A DNA stretch of 63,602 nucleotides, the filler included. It is 4 parts of 4 records of this genome, joined end to end, with 100 filler letters (N's around TTAATTAATTAA, not from the genome) between each part and the next. Parts side by side here need not be neighbours in the genome. Positions count along the whole stretch, not along the records: positions 1 to 12,598 come from SRR20825010_822; 3 more parts are not named here. One strand, given 5' to 3'. Numbering within the stretch: position 1 is the first letter of the stretch; each line of letters begins with the position of its first letter. Shown in pieces: positions 1-10,434 of the stretch. The notes under the pieces are model-generated. The model did no database searches and was not told where the DNA came from. It worked only from the letters and a program-made list of their open reading frames with translations. The position numbers were made by a program, and so were the translations under genes.

Positions 1-532
1 GTTCTCCCCAACATTTGTGGATATAGGAATTTTCATCGGAACCATAGGATTCTTCTTCGTACTGTTCTTATTGTACGCCAGAACATTCCCGGTTATTGCT
101 CAGGCAGAAGTGAAGTCTATTTTGAAATCCTCAGGGGAGAAGTATAAGAAATTGAGGGATGCAGGAAAGCCTTTGTATGAGATATCCAAAGGTAAAACAG
201 TTGTGAAGGAAAAGGAACCAATTACTGATGATGTGTTGATGGGAGAAGTTGTTCCTAAGGTTGGTGATAAAGTAGGGGTTTCCGAACTTTTGGGTACTAT
301 AGGTACATTTGATCCTACCAAGGAGACGGCGGATGACCTTAAGAAGATTAAAGGTATTGGGCCCCAAATGGAAGCTACTTTGAATCAAATAGGAATATAC
401 ACATTCGCACAAGTTGGGCGTATGACAGATAAAGAGTATGATTTGTTGGATTCTATTACAGAATCATTCCCGGGTAGGGCGCAAAGAGACGATTGGGCAG
501 GACAAGCAAAGATTTTAAATAATAAGAAATAA
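1..532 (+). CDS. actC: Alternative complex III subunit C (NrfD-family), 3' part, with C-terminal helix-hairpin-helix extension
   Basis: Last TM helix 'DIGIFIGTIGFFFVLFLLYARTFPVIAQAEVKSILK' typical of ActC; lies directly upstream of actD-E-F; 5' end is outside the window; tail 'DDLKKIKGIGP..EATLNQIGIYTFAQV' is HhH-like. Confidence 0.88.
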   Translation, partial: FSPTFVDIGIFIGTIGFFFVLFLLYARTFPVIAQAEVKSILKSSGEKYKKLRDAGKPLYEISKGKTVVKEKEPITDDVLMGEVVPKVGDKVGVSELLGTIGTFDPTKETADDLKKIKGIGPQMEATLNQIGIYTFAQVGRMTDKEYDLLDSITESFPGRAQRDDWAGQAKILNNKK

Positions 533-534
533 TT

Positions 535-1056
535 ATGGCGTCGAAAGTTATACATGCTTTTTATAATGATGACGATGTGCTAATGCATGCTGTTAAAAAG
601 GTAAAAGCGGCAAAGCATCATATTGAAGAAGTTTATTGTCCTTTTCCGGTGCATGGTTTGGACAAGGCTATGGGGCTAGCCCCAACCAGGATTGCAATAA
701 CGTCCTTTATGTATGGCTGTGTTGGTCTTACAGTGGCTATCGTAATGATGAATTACATTATGATCCAGGACTGGCCTCAGGATATTGGCGGTAAGCCCAG
801 TTTTAGCTATTTGGAGAACATGCCGGCTTTTGTGCCTATCATGTTTGAGCTAACGGTATTTTTCGCGGCGCATTTAATGGTAATAACTTTTTACCTTAGA
901 AGTAGGTTATGGCCTTTTAAAGAAGCTGAAAATCCTGATGTTAGAACAACAGATGATCATTTTTTAATGGAAATCGAAATTCATGACAACGAGCAGGAAT
1001 TGAAGGATTTGTTGATGGATACGGGTGCAGTCGAAATTAATATTACAGAAAAGTAG
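535..1056 (+). CDS. actD: Alternative complex III subunit D (DUF3341)
   Basis: 'EVYCPFPVHGLDKAMGL', 'DWPQDIGGKP', 'FVPIMFELTVFFAAH'; two TM helices; operon context. Confidence 0.92.
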   Translation: MASKVIHAFYNDDDVLMHAVKKVKAAKHHIEEVYCPFPVHGLDKAMGLAPTRIAITSFMYGCVGLTVAIVMMNYIMIQDWPQDIGGKPSFSYLENMPAFVPIMFELTVFFAAHLMVITFYLRSRLWPFKEAENPDVRTTDDHFLMEIEIHDNEQELKDLLMDTGAVEINITEK

Positions 1057-1067
1057 TCATAGATATT

Positions 1068-1628
1068 ATGAACAGTTTTAGCAAAATAGGAGTCTTGTTT
1101 GGTTTGGTATTATTAGTTGCTTCTTGTGCAAACACGAATAGCAGAAACTATCAATACATGCCCAATATGTATGAGTCCGTAGGTTATGAGACCTATCAGA
1201 AAGTGGATTTTCTTCCAGATGGGATGGAAGCTGGACTTCCGGCCGAAAATACCGTAGCAAGGGGATGGATACCTTACGGAATTGAAAATACTATGGAGGG
1301 AAAGGAATTGGCAAGGCTTAACCCAAGTCCATTGGATTCTCTAAATCAAGAGGCCAATCTAGCTGTGGGTAAGGAATTATATACCATTTATTGTGCAATT
1401 TGTCACGGCGATAAGGGAGACGGCCAAGGTAACCTAGTGAAAAGGGAAAAGATATTGGGTGTGCCCAGTTATGCCGATGTAGCTAGAAACATAACTGTTG
1501 GTACTTCATATCATGCCATCTATTACGGATTGAATTCTATGGGTTCCTATGCAGGGCAATTGGATACTGAAGAGCGTTGGAAGGTTTCTGAATACGTAAT
1601 GAAATTGAAACAAGATTTAACAAAATAA
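1068..1628 (+). CDS. actE: Alternative complex III subunit E, monoheme cytochrome c lipoprotein
   Basis: Lipobox LVASC, 'YMPNM', single CxxCH (CAICH), distal Met 'NSMGSY'. Confidence 0.92.
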   Translation: MNSFSKIGVLFGLVLLVASCANTNSRNYQYMPNMYESVGYETYQKVDFLPDGMEAGLPAENTVARGWIPYGIENTMEGKELARLNPSPLDSLNQEANLAVGKELYTIYCAICHGDKGDGQGNLVKREKILGVPSYADVARNITVGTSYHAIYYGLNSMGSYAGQLDTEERWKVSEYVMKLKQDLTK

Positions 1629-1646
1629 GACCTAGATATTAGCAAT

Positions 1647-2960
1647 ATGTACACTTTTTCAAATAGATTAAAAATTGCTTCCTTCATTTTAATGGCTGTA
1701 GGCGTTTTGGGAATTGGTATCGGTTTTATGGCTGCGCCAAGCACTGTAGAGGAGGCAAAGGCAATTGTTGCCGGACACGGAGACGGTCATGGGGATGCCC
1801 ATGCGGTTGCAGAGGGTCATGGTGACGAAATGGGACATGGAGATGCACATGATGCATCGCATGATGAACATCTATTGCACCAGTTGCAAAACAAGCCATG
1901 GGCAGCATTATATGTAGCAGCTTTCTTCTTTTTTATGATAGCTTTGGGGGTATTGGCGTTTTACGCTATTCAGCGTGCAGCACAGGCGGGTTGGTCGCCA
2001 TTGCTTTTCAGGGTTATGGAGGGAATTACGGCTTATTTGGTACCAGGTGGTATCATAGTATTTGTAATATTGGCCTTATCGGTAGCACATATGAATCACT
2101 TGTTCGTGTGGATGGACCCAGAGGTAGTTGCGCATGATACTCTTTTGCAAGGGAAGGCAGGTTTCCTTAATGGTACCTTTTTCTTGATCAGGGCTGCGGT
2201 CTTCTTGGGAGGTTGGATTTTATATAGGGAGTATTCCCGAAAGTTGTCCTTGGCTCAGGATGAATCTAACGATGACTCCAATTTTAAACTGAATTTTAGG
2301 ATATCTGCGGCATTTTTGGTATTCTATCTAATATCTGAGTCCATGATGTCCTGGGATTGGATTATGAGCGTAGATCCACATTGGTTCAGCACCTTGTTCG
2401 GATGGTATATCTTTGCAAGTATGTTTGTGTCCGGTATTACTGTTATTGCCATGGTTACGATCTATCTTAAATCTAGGGGCTATTTGCCAGATGTTAACGA
2501 TAGCCATATTCACGATTTGGCTAAATTTATGTTCGGTATCAGTATTTTCTGGACCTATTTATGGTTCTCCCAGTTTATGTTGATTTGGTATTCGAATATT
2601 CCTGAAGAGGTAACTTATTATGTTACTAGGATAGCCGATTTTAACCTGCCATTTTTTGGTATGGTGGCCATGAACTTTTTGTTCCCTGTACTTTTGCTTA
2701 TGAACAGTGATTTTAAAAGGGTTAATTGGTTCGTTATCATGACCGGTATAGTAATTTTGGCCGGACATTATTTGGATATTTTTAACGCCATTATGCCGGC
2801 TACCGTTGGAGATCAATGGTTTATTGGTATCCCTGAAATCGGGTCTATTTTATTCTTTGCAGGATTGTTTATCTTTTTTGTATTTAGAGCGTTGACCAAG
2901 GCTCCATTGCAGCCAAAGCGCAATCCGTTTATTGAAGAGAGTAAGCATTTTCATTATTAG
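1647..2960 (+). CDS. actF: Alternative complex III subunit F (quinol:cytochrome c oxidoreductase membrane subunit)
   Basis: About 10 TM helices, 'DWIMSVDPHWFSTLFG', 'FWTYLWFSQFMLIWYSNIPEE'; His-rich loop near the N-terminus. Confidence 0.92.
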   Translation: MYTFSNRLKIASFILMAVGVLGIGIGFMAAPSTVEEAKAIVAGHGDGHGDAHAVAEGHGDEMGHGDAHDASHDEHLLHQLQNKPWAALYVAAFFFFMIALGVLAFYAIQRAAQAGWSPLLFRVMEGITAYLVPGGIIVFVILALSVAHMNHLFVWMDPEVVAHDTLLQGKAGFLNGTFFLIRAAVFLGGWILYREYSRKLSLAQDESNDDSNFKLNFRISAAFLVFYLISESMMSWDWIMSVDPHWFSTLFGWYIFASMFVSGITVIAMVTIYLKSRGYLPDVNDSHIHDLAKFMFGISIFWTYLWFSQFMLIWYSNIPEEVTYYVTRIADFNLPFFGMVAMNFLFPVLLLMNSDFKRVNWFVIMTGIVILAGHYLDIFNAIMPATVGDQWFIGIPEIGSILFFAGLFIFFVFRALTKAPLQPKRNPFIEESKHFHY

Positions 2961-2994
2961 TATTTAGTATATAAGTATAATTTCAAATCATACG

Positions 2995-4053
2995 ATGACT
3001 CCATTATTGACCATAGTTGTTTTAGTATTAGTGGCAATTGCAATCTGGCAAATGACCAAGATATTCGAATTGTCACAAATTAGAGCTAGCAATTCCCAAG
3101 TAGCAAGTGAAACGGATAATAAATACAATGGGTATTTGATGTTCGCTTTTCTAATTTTCCTTTATGGAATTACCATTTTTAGCTTCTGGAAATATTCTAA
3201 AGTACTTTTGCCAGAAGCTGCTTCCGAGCATGGCGGGGGGTATGATTCGTTAATGGTTCTTTCATTTGTAATAATTTTTATTGTACAGACCTTAACCCAG
3301 TTTCTGTTGCACTACTTCGCTTATAAGTATAGGGGAGACAGGGAAAGAAAGGCTTTGTTCTATGCGGATAACGACCGTTTGGAGTTTATATGGACCATTA
3401 TTCCTGTTATTGTTTTGGCAGGTTTAATTTTGTGGGGATTATATGCTTGGACCAATATTATGGATATCAATGACGAGGATGATCCTTTGACTATTGAATT
3501 ATATGCCCAGCAGTTTAACTGGACAGCAAGGTATGCAGGTAATGATAATGTTTTGGGCGATGCCAATGTTAGAATGATCGATATTGACAATGCAAATGTT
3601 TTAGGGTTGGACAATTCTGATCCAAATGCGGCCGATGATATTATTGTTAAGGAATTGCATTTGCCAGTAGGGCGCAAGGTTAATTTTAAGATGCGTTCCC
3701 AGGATGTGCTGCACTCTGCATATATGCCACATTTTAGGGCTCAGATGAACTGTGTACCTGGTATGATTACCCAGTTTTCATTTACCCCTACCATTACCAC
3801 TGCTGAAATGAGACAAAATCCTGATGTTGTTGATAAGGTAAAACGTATAAATGGGATCAGGGCCGAAAAGGCCGCTAAGGGAATGGATAATTCAGACCCT
3901 TGGGAATTTGATTACATTTTGTTGTGTAACAAGATATGTGGGAAGTCGCACTACAATATGCAAATGAAAATTATTGTTGAAACTGAGGAGGAATATAATG
4001 CTTGGATAGCAAGTCAGCAGACTTTTGGTAAGTCCATGGCTTCGGCACAATAA
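2995..4053 (+). CDS. coxB: Cytochrome c oxidase subunit II
   Basis: 'LEFIWTIIP', 'DVLHS', CuA ligands 'CNKICGKSHYNM'. Confidence 0.95.
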   Translation: MTPLLTIVVLVLVAIAIWQMTKIFELSQIRASNSQVASETDNKYNGYLMFAFLIFLYGITIFSFWKYSKVLLPEAASEHGGGYDSLMVLSFVIIFIVQTLTQFLLHYFAYKYRGDRERKALFYADNDRLEFIWTIIPVIVLAGLILWGLYAWTNIMDINDEDDPLTIELYAQQFNWTARYAGNDNVLGDANVRMIDIDNANVLGLDNSDPNAADDIIVKELHLPVGRKVNFKMRSQDVLHSAYMPHFRAQMNCVPGMITQFSFTPTITTAEMRQNPDVVDKVKRINGIRAEKAAKGMDNSDPWEFDYILLCNKICGKSHYNMQMKIIVETEEEYNAWIASQQTFGKSMASAQ

Positions 4054-4099
4054 TTTTAGTATTAAATAATAACTTTATAAAAAATTTAAAAATAGAACT

Positions 4100-5920
4100 A
4101 TGTCTGTAACAGCTCACGCACACGTAGAAGACCATTCAGATGACCACGGACATCATCACAAAGAAACCTTTGTGACGAAGTATATTTTTAGTCAAGATCA
4201 TAAAATGATTTCCAAACAGTATTTGATTACTGGACTTATAATGGGATTCATAGGTATTATGATGTCTCTGTTGTTTAGAATGCAGTTGGCATGGCCAGGG
4301 GAATCTTTTCCAATTTTTGAAGCCATTTTGGGTAAATGGGCGCCAGGAGGTGTTATGGATGCAGATGTTTATTTGGCATTGGTAACCATTCACGGTACTA
4401 TCATGGTATTCTTTGTTTTAACGGCAGGATTAAGCGGAACCTTCAGTAACTTGTTGATTCCCCTTCAAATTGGAGCTAGGGATATGGCTTCAGGGTTCTT
4501 GAACATGGTTTCGTACTGGTTGTTCTTTTTGTCCAGTGTAATTATGGTTATTTCACTTTTTGTTGAAGCCGGACCTGCTGCTGCGGGATGGACAGTTTAT
4601 CCTCCGCTTAGTGCACTTCCAATGGCACAACCTGGTTCCGGAATGGGAATGACGCTTTGGTTGGTAGCTATGGCTATATTTATAGCATCTTCCTTATTGG
4701 GGTCATTGAACTATATTGTTACGGTAATTAATCTTAGGACCAAAGGAATGTCTATGACCAGACTGCCTTTGACCATTTGGGCGTTTTTCGTTACCGCGAT
4801 TATAGGTGTGATTTCTTTCCCGGTATTATTATCAGCTGCGTTGCTGTTGATAATGGATAGAAGCTTTGGTACTTCCTTTTTCCTGTCTGATATTTTTATC
4901 CAAGGTGAGGTATTACATTATCAAGGTGGTTCTCCAGTATTGTACGAGCATTTATTCTGGTTTTTAGGACACCCTGAGGTGTATATCGTTATCCTGCCTG
5001 CTATGGGTATGGTATCGGAGATTATGGCGGTAAACGCCCGTAAACCTATTTTTGGATATAGGGCAATGATTGCCTCTATTTTGGCAATTGCATTCCTGTC
5101 CACAATTGTTTGGGGTCACCATATGTTTATTTCCGGTATGAATCCTTTCCTAGGTTCCGTGTTTACCTTTACTACATTATTGATCGCTATTCCATCTGCT
5201 GTTAAGGCATTTAACTGGATAACTACCTTGTGGAAAGGTAATCTTCAATTAAACCCTGGAATGCTATTTTCTATAGGAATGGTTTCTACGTTTATTTCTG
5301 GTGGACTAACAGGAATTATTCTTGGGGACAGTACCTTGGATATTAATGTACACGACACATATTTTGTGGTGGCCCACTTCCACTTGGTAATGGGTATATC
5401 TGCTCTTTATGGTTTGTTTGCAGGTGTTTACCATTGGTTCCCTAAGATGTTCGGAAAAATGATGAACAAGAATTTGGGTTATGTGCATTTTTGGATTACT
5501 GCTGTCTGTTCTTATGGGGTTTTCTTCCCGATGCATTTTGTTGGAATGGCAGGGGTGCCACGTAGGTACTATGAGAATACCGCTTTTCCAATGTTTGATG
5601 ACTTGACCGATATTCAGGTGTTAATGACGGTTTTTGCGCTTATTGCAGCTGGGGCCCAATTAATATTTGCCTTCAATTTTATTAGAAGTATTTTCTACGG
5701 AAGTAAGGCTGTTCAGAATCCATGGAAAGCAACTAGCTTGGAATGGACTACACCAGTAGAACATATTCACGGCAACTGGCCTGGAGCAATTCCAGAAGTA
5801 CACAGATGGCCATATGATTATAGCAAAACCGATGAAAACGGGGAATATATAATTCCAGGACAGGATTTTGTACCTCAAACCATGCCACTTTATGAGGGTG
5901 AGGAGGAGTTACAGCATTAA
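4100..5920 (+). CDS. coxA: Cytochrome c oxidase subunit I (A1 type)
   Basis: 'TIHGTIMVFF', 'WFLGHPEVY', 'VWGHHMF', 'VVAHFH', 'PRRY'. Confidence 0.97.
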   Translation: MSVTAHAHVEDHSDDHGHHHKETFVTKYIFSQDHKMISKQYLITGLIMGFIGIMMSLLFRMQLAWPGESFPIFEAILGKWAPGGVMDADVYLALVTIHGTIMVFFVLTAGLSGTFSNLLIPLQIGARDMASGFLNMVSYWLFFLSSVIMVISLFVEAGPAAAGWTVYPPLSALPMAQPGSGMGMTLWLVAMAIFIASSLLGSLNYIVTVINLRTKGMSMTRLPLTIWAFFVTAIIGVISFPVLLSAALLLIMDRSFGTSFFLSDIFIQGEVLHYQGGSPVLYEHLFWFLGHPEVYIVILPAMGMVSEIMAVNARKPIFGYRAMIASILAIAFLSTIVWGHHMFISGMNPFLGSVFTFTTLLIAIPSAVKAFNWITTLWKGNLQLNPGMLFSIGMVSTFISGGLTGIILGDSTLDINVHDTYFVVAHFHLVMGISALYGLFAGVYHWFPKMFGKMMNKNLGYVHFWITAVCSYGVFFPMHFVGMAGVPRRYYENTAFPMFDDLTDIQVLMTVFALIAAGAQLIFAFNFIRSIFYGSKAVQNPWKATSLEWTTPVEHIHGNWPGAIPEVHRWPYDYSKTDENGEYIIPGQDFVPQTMPLYEGEEELQH

Positions 5921-5942
5921 CGATTGGAAAACAACAAATTTT

Positions 5943-5972
5943 AAAAGTCCATCCCTAAGATGGACTTTTTTT
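5943..5972 (+). terminator. Intrinsic terminator of the act-cox operon
   Basis: AAAAGTCCATC-CCTAA-GATGGACTTTTTTT hairpin with T-tract, 22 nt after the coxA stop. Confidence 0.85.
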
Positions 5973-6097
5973 GTACCTTCCATTTACATATGGTAAATCT
6001 GCGAAACCTTTGGGTTTTGCAGGCTATATGAATTAATTGCAAATTTATGGCGATACAATTTCCAAGGCTATCGCAGTTTATTAGATAAGGATCTATT

Positions 6098-6943
6098 ATG
6101 TATTATAAATCATTAGGAGTGAGACACATACTTTTATTTTTCATGTTATTGGTTGGCTGTTTGGTCTATTCTCAGCGTAAACCCAAAATTAAAGGCAATA
6201 GAAATGTGATAGAAGTGAGGGAGACCCTGCCGCCTTTTAATGCCGTTCAACTGGATGACGATCTGGATATTAACCTACAGGCCGCAACATCTGGGGAGTA
6301 TATAATAGAAGCTGACGACAATTTAATCGATATTTTAAAGTTTAGGGTAGAGAATGAAACGCTTATCATAAGTTCTTATTACAGAGTAACCTCCAAGAAG
6401 AGACTGAACATTACCGTTAATTTTAATGAATTGTTCCTTATCAATGCCAATGACGGGAATATTGTGGTCAAAAACCGTTTTTCTACCGAGTTTCTAGAGG
6501 TAAATACTAGGGGGTCCGGAAGGGTGGAAATAGATGTGGATGCCGATGCAATGCAAATAACCATGAACGATAATAGTAAGGGGAATTTTAAGGTAGACAG
6601 TGATACCTTAAACATTCGCTTGGCAGAAAAGGCGGATTTAAGATTGTTTGGGGTTATGGAAAATACTGTTTTGGATATGCAACGTAATTCCAAGGCCGAT
6701 TTGGAAGGTTTTACCGATGTTTTTCAGTTTCATTTATTGGACGCTTCCGACCTAAAGGCAAAAAGATTGGAAGCCAATTCTGTCGAAGCCAATTTGGAAG
6801 GCAGCTCTTCTGCCGAAGTCTTGTCAACGGCAACGGTGGACCTCAATTCCAAAGGAGATTCCAAGACCTATGTATTTGGTGATAGCAAAATTAACCTGCT
6901 GGAATTCCTTGATACTTCAGAGCTATATCGGCGTAAAAATTAG
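6098..6943 (+). CDS. DUF2807 / GIN-domain secreted protein
   Basis: Signal peptide, 'KIKGNRNV', 'IIEADDNL', repeated beta-solenoid units (L..SS.A.V). Confidence 0.75.
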   Translation: MYYKSLGVRHILLFFMLLVGCLVYSQRKPKIKGNRNVIEVRETLPPFNAVQLDDDLDINLQAATSGEYIIEADDNLIDILKFRVENETLIISSYYRVTSKKRLNITVNFNELFLINANDGNIVVKNRFSTEFLEVNTRGSGRVEIDVDADAMQITMNDNSKGNFKVDSDTLNIRLAEKADLRLFGVMENTVLDMQRNSKADLEGFTDVFQFHLLDASDLKAKRLEANSVEANLEGSSSAEVLSTATVDLNSKGDSKTYVFGDSKINLLEFLDTSELYRRKN

Positions 6944-9204
6944 CGACTAATTGGGGCCGTTAAACAGTGATCCGGAATCCCAAAACCATCTACCAAAACC
7001 TCGATATGAGGTCTAAACTCCGTACTTAAACGCTCTACACGCTGTCGTATGGCTTTGGACTTGGTGCCTCCCAAATAGCCCTGTTCCAAATACCATGAGG
7101 CATCTTCCCGAATTTCGGACAATGCAAAGAGGCATCCAAGTTTTTGAAATAGCTGTTGGTTCTTCTTGTCTTCTATTGTTTCTGTAAACTGTAAGTAAGT
7201 ATTATAGGCCAATTCACAACTATAGGCTTTTCCCAGGGCTATTAAATGGGTTTGTACTTTTAAGAAGGCCTGATAAGTGGGGACCCCTTTCTTGATATAG
7301 TCCCTGATTCGCATAGCTGCGGAATAGGTTAATCTTCTTGTTCTGTAATCAAAGGCATGTTGGTGGAACTTGGGATTGTATAAATGCTCCTTATCTACCT
7401 TGTTGGCATATATGGGGTTTATAGTGACCAATTTGTCGCTGATCTGGGTGCCTAACAACTTAAATACTGCCGAAAATCCTGCGCTGTTGAATTCCGTATT
7501 AAAATCGGACATAATTCCTTTGGCGGCCAATTGTAATAGTACCGTGTTGTCCCCTTCAAAGGTGGTAAATATATCCACATCGCCCTTGAGGTCGGCAATT
7601 CTATTTTCCAATAGGTAGCCTTTACCTCCGCAGGCTTCACGACATTCCTGTATGGTTTCGTTTGCGAACCACGTTATAATTGCCTTTAATCCGGCCACCT
7701 GGGTTTCTATTTTTCGTTTATCGGTTATGCTGTCATCACTATAGATTTTCATTAAAGAATCCAAGGTTATCTGGTATACATAAGATTTGGCAATGGCGGG
7801 GGTAAGCCGCAGTTGGTGCGATGGGTAATCCATGATCAAATCCTCTTGGATTTTTAGGTTGTCATTGAACTGCCTTCTTTGTAGGGCATATTTCACTGCA
7901 ATGGCCAAAGACATTTTTGCCCCGCTCAAAGCTCCTTTGGCCACGCAGATTCGTCCGCCAACAAGGGTGCCGAGCATGGTAAAAAAGCGCTTATTTGGGT
8001 TTTTTATATCGGAATAATAGCTGCCATCAGACTTAATATCTCCATATTTATTTAAAAGATTCTCCCGTGGCACCTTAACTTGGTCGAACCAAATTTTACC
8101 ATTGTCAACCCCGTTAAGCCCTAATTTATAGCCATTATCTTCAATGCGAACGCCCGGCATTAGACGATTTTCACTATCTCTTAAAGGTACTAAAATAGCA
8201 TGGACACCGTGATTTTTGCCATCAACGATCAATTGGGCAAATACCGAGGCCATTGTACCGTGCAGTGCATTTCCTATATATTCCTTGTTGTCGTTTTTAC
8301 CTGGGGTGTGAATGGTAATGTTGTCCTCTTTCTTGTTGTAGGTAGCGGTTGTTTTTATCCCCCTTACATTGGATCCGTGACCCGTTTCGGTCATGGCGAA
8401 ACATCCGAGTAATTTGGCTTCCCCAATAGCGGTCAAATAGCGGTCATGGTGTTTTTTTGTTCCCAACTTCTGAATACTACCTCCAAAAAGCCCAAATTGA
8501 ACCCCAAATTTCACGGTGAGGCTTCCGTCCACATACATCAGATTTTCAAAAATGGTGGCATATAACGGCATATTTCCTGTTCCCCCGTAAGCTTCCGGAT
8601 AGGCCATGGCGCCATATCCTGCTTTGGCCAGATATTGCACCTGGGTTAGTACCTTCTCCCTAAAGTTCTCCTTGTTCTTTATTATTTCCCAAGAAAAAAT
8701 GGAATTGCTTAGGGCTTCCCTAAATTCATCTATTTCGCGGTGGTTCGTGCCTTTGAAGATTTGGTCAATTTCCTTTGGGTCATAGAAATTGGATGTTTTT
8801 TCCAAAACAACTTCCACCTCGAACAAGTGGTGGTAATGGTTGGGTTGTATTCCGAGGTTTGTTTCAATGGCGGACAAATCTTCATTAAATACATGCTCCG
8901 AACCATTTTGTGATATTAATTTCTTGCTAAACGAAGTCAAAGGATGGTTGTCGCCTTCTACCAATTTGATGCCAGAATTGGAAATGGCCCGTTGCCACGA
9001 TTTTATTTCCGTATCCAAAGGTGGCTGGGCGGTGTTGAGCCAACTGTTCAGGGTTTCCCTGTCTTTTTTGGAAAGATTTTGATCATCGTCGATTATCTTT
9101 TTTACAACGGCAATCTCTGAAAGGGTCAAAAGATCATCGGACCAAATAACAAAAAAGAAAGGTATATACTGTAGAATACTGGGTGGATATGTTGTCTTTA
9201 TCAT
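6940..9204 (-). CDS. Acyl-CoA oxidase / dehydrogenase family flavoprotein
   Basis: 'GCFAMTETGHGSNVRG', 'GLNGVDNG', 'CREACGGKGY', catalytic 'TFEGDNTVL'; C-terminal ACOX-like domain. Confidence 0.88.
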   Translation of the reverse strand: MIKTTYPPSILQYIPFFFVIWSDDLLTLSEIAVVKKIIDDDQNLSKKDRETLNSWLNTAQPPLDTEIKSWQRAISNSGIKLVEGDNHPLTSFSKKLISQNGSEHVFNEDLSAIETNLGIQPNHYHHLFEVEVVLEKTSNFYDPKEIDQIFKGTNHREIDEFREALSNSIFSWEIIKNKENFREKVLTQVQYLAKAGYGAMAYPEAYGGTGNMPLYATIFENLMYVDGSLTVKFGVQFGLFGGSIQKLGTKKHHDRYLTAIGEAKLLGCFAMTETGHGSNVRGIKTTATYNKKEDNITIHTPGKNDNKEYIGNALHGTMASVFAQLIVDGKNHGVHAILVPLRDSENRLMPGVRIEDNGYKLGLNGVDNGKIWFDQVKVPRENLLNKYGDIKSDGSYYSDIKNPNKRFFTMLGTLVGGRICVAKGALSGAKMSLAIAVKYALQRRQFNDNLKIQEDLIMDYPSHQLRLTPAIAKSYVYQITLDSLMKIYSDDSITDKRKIETQVAGLKAIITWFANETIQECREACGGKGYLLENRIADLKGDVDIFTTFEGDNTVLLQLAAKGIMSDFNTEFNSAGFSAVFKLLGTQISDKLVTINPIYANKVDKEHLYNPKFHQHAFDYRTRRLTYSAAMRIRDYIKKGVPTYQAFLKVQTHLIALGKAYSCELAYNTYLQFTETIEDKKNQQLFQKLGCLFALSEIREDASWYLEQGYLGGTKSKAIRQRVERLSTEFRPHIEVLVDGFGIPDHCLTAPISR

Positions 9205-9340
9205 AATATGAATTTACATTATTTTTATTTTAAAATCTCTCTCCGGGACAGGATTAGGAAAATTTTGGGACTGTTCTTAGGTGGTTATAATTGTGTGGCT
9301 CTTATGTACGGTTTCCTTCAAAAACTATCCTAATTTCCAT

Positions 9341-9348
9341 TATCTTTG
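9341..9348 (+). promoter_or_regulatory. Bacteroidota sigma-A -7 element for ruvB
   Basis: TATCTTTG (TAnnTTTG) ending 7 nt before ATG 9356. Confidence 0.65.
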
Positions 9349-9355
9349 TTGGAGT

Positions 9356-10378
9356 ATGAATGAGAACCTAGATCCCACAGCGAGTAATTTTTCCAACGAG
9401 GAATTCGATATTGAAAGGGCGTTGCGTCCTATTTCCTTTGATGATTTTACCGGGCAGGAACAAGTTCTGGAAAACCTTAAGATATTTGTTCAGGCAGCTA
9501 ATTTAAGGGGTGAAGCCCTGGACCACACCTTGTTCCATGGCCCTCCAGGTCTTGGGAAGACCACTTTGGCCCATATCCTGGCCAATGAATTGGGGGTGGG
9601 CATTAAAATGACTTCGGGCCCTGTGTTGGATAAGCCAGGGGATTTGGCAGGCCTACTGACCAACTTGGACGAAAGGGATGTTTTGTTCATTGATGAGATC
9701 CATAGATTGAGTCCTATTGTGGAGGAGTATTTATATTCCGCTATGGAGGATTATAAGATAGATATTATGATAGAATCGGGTCCCAATGCCCGATCGGTAC
9801 AGATCAATTTAAACCCCTTTACCTTGATTGGGGCAACAACCCGCTCTGGTCTGTTAACAGCTCCAATGAGGGCCCGTTTTGGTATTCAGAGCAGATTACA
9901 ATACTATTCCACGGAACTTCTTTCTACTATTGTGGAGCGTAGTGCCGAAATATTAAAGACTCCTATTACCCAACAGGCCGCCATTGAAATAGCCGGTAGA
10001 AGTAGGGGTACTCCCAGAATATGCAATGCCTTGTTAAGAAGGGTCCGGGACTTTGCACAAATAAAAGGGAATGGAAACATCGACATAGAAATCTCCCAGT
10101 TTGGACTGAAAGCTTTGAATGTGGATGCCCATGGATTGGATGAAATGGACAACAAGATATTGACAACCATTATAGACAAGTTTAAAGGAGGCCCAGTAGG
10201 GATTACTACTTTGGCTACCGCGGTCTCTGAAAGTGCAGAAACCATAGAGGAAGTTTATGAACCTTTTTTGATCCAGCAAGGATTTATTATGAGAACCCCG
10301 AGAGGTAGGGAGGTTACAGAATTGGCCTATAGGCACTTGGGAAGGATTAAAGGGAATATTCAAGGAGGTCTGTTCTGA
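9356..10378 (+). CDS. ruvB: Holliday junction branch migration helicase RuvB
   Basis: 'LRP..FDDFTGQ', Walker A GPPGLGKT, 'FIDEIHRL', 'RTPRGR'; start reassigned to ATG 9356 (MNENLD). Confidence 0.98.
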   Translation: MNENLDPTASNFSNEEFDIERALRPISFDDFTGQEQVLENLKIFVQAANLRGEALDHTLFHGPPGLGKTTLAHILANELGVGIKMTSGPVLDKPGDLAGLLTNLDERDVLFIDEIHRLSPIVEEYLYSAMEDYKIDIMIESGPNARSVQINLNPFTLIGATTRSGLLTAPMRARFGIQSRLQYYSTELLSTIVERSAEILKTPITQQAAIEIAGRSRGTPRICNALLRRVRDFAQIKGNGNIDIEISQFGLKALNVDAHGLDEMDNKILTTIIDKFKGGPVGITTLATAVSESAETIEEVYEPFLIQQGFIMRTPRGREVTELAYRHLGRIKGNIQGGLF

Positions 10379-10434
10379 TGTTTTCATTGGCCAAGGGTTT
10401 GCGCAGTAATAAAACCCTTTTTTAAATAATCAAT

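Noticed and set aside
1770-1880. His-rich repeat in ActF
   Set aside because: Low-complexity loop I recall as common in flavobacterial ActF; not a separate feature.
3910-3960. CuA motif with Lys in place of Glu (CNKIC)
   Set aside because: As I recall, the usual form in flavobacterial CoxB; that residue ligates CuA via its backbone carbonyl.
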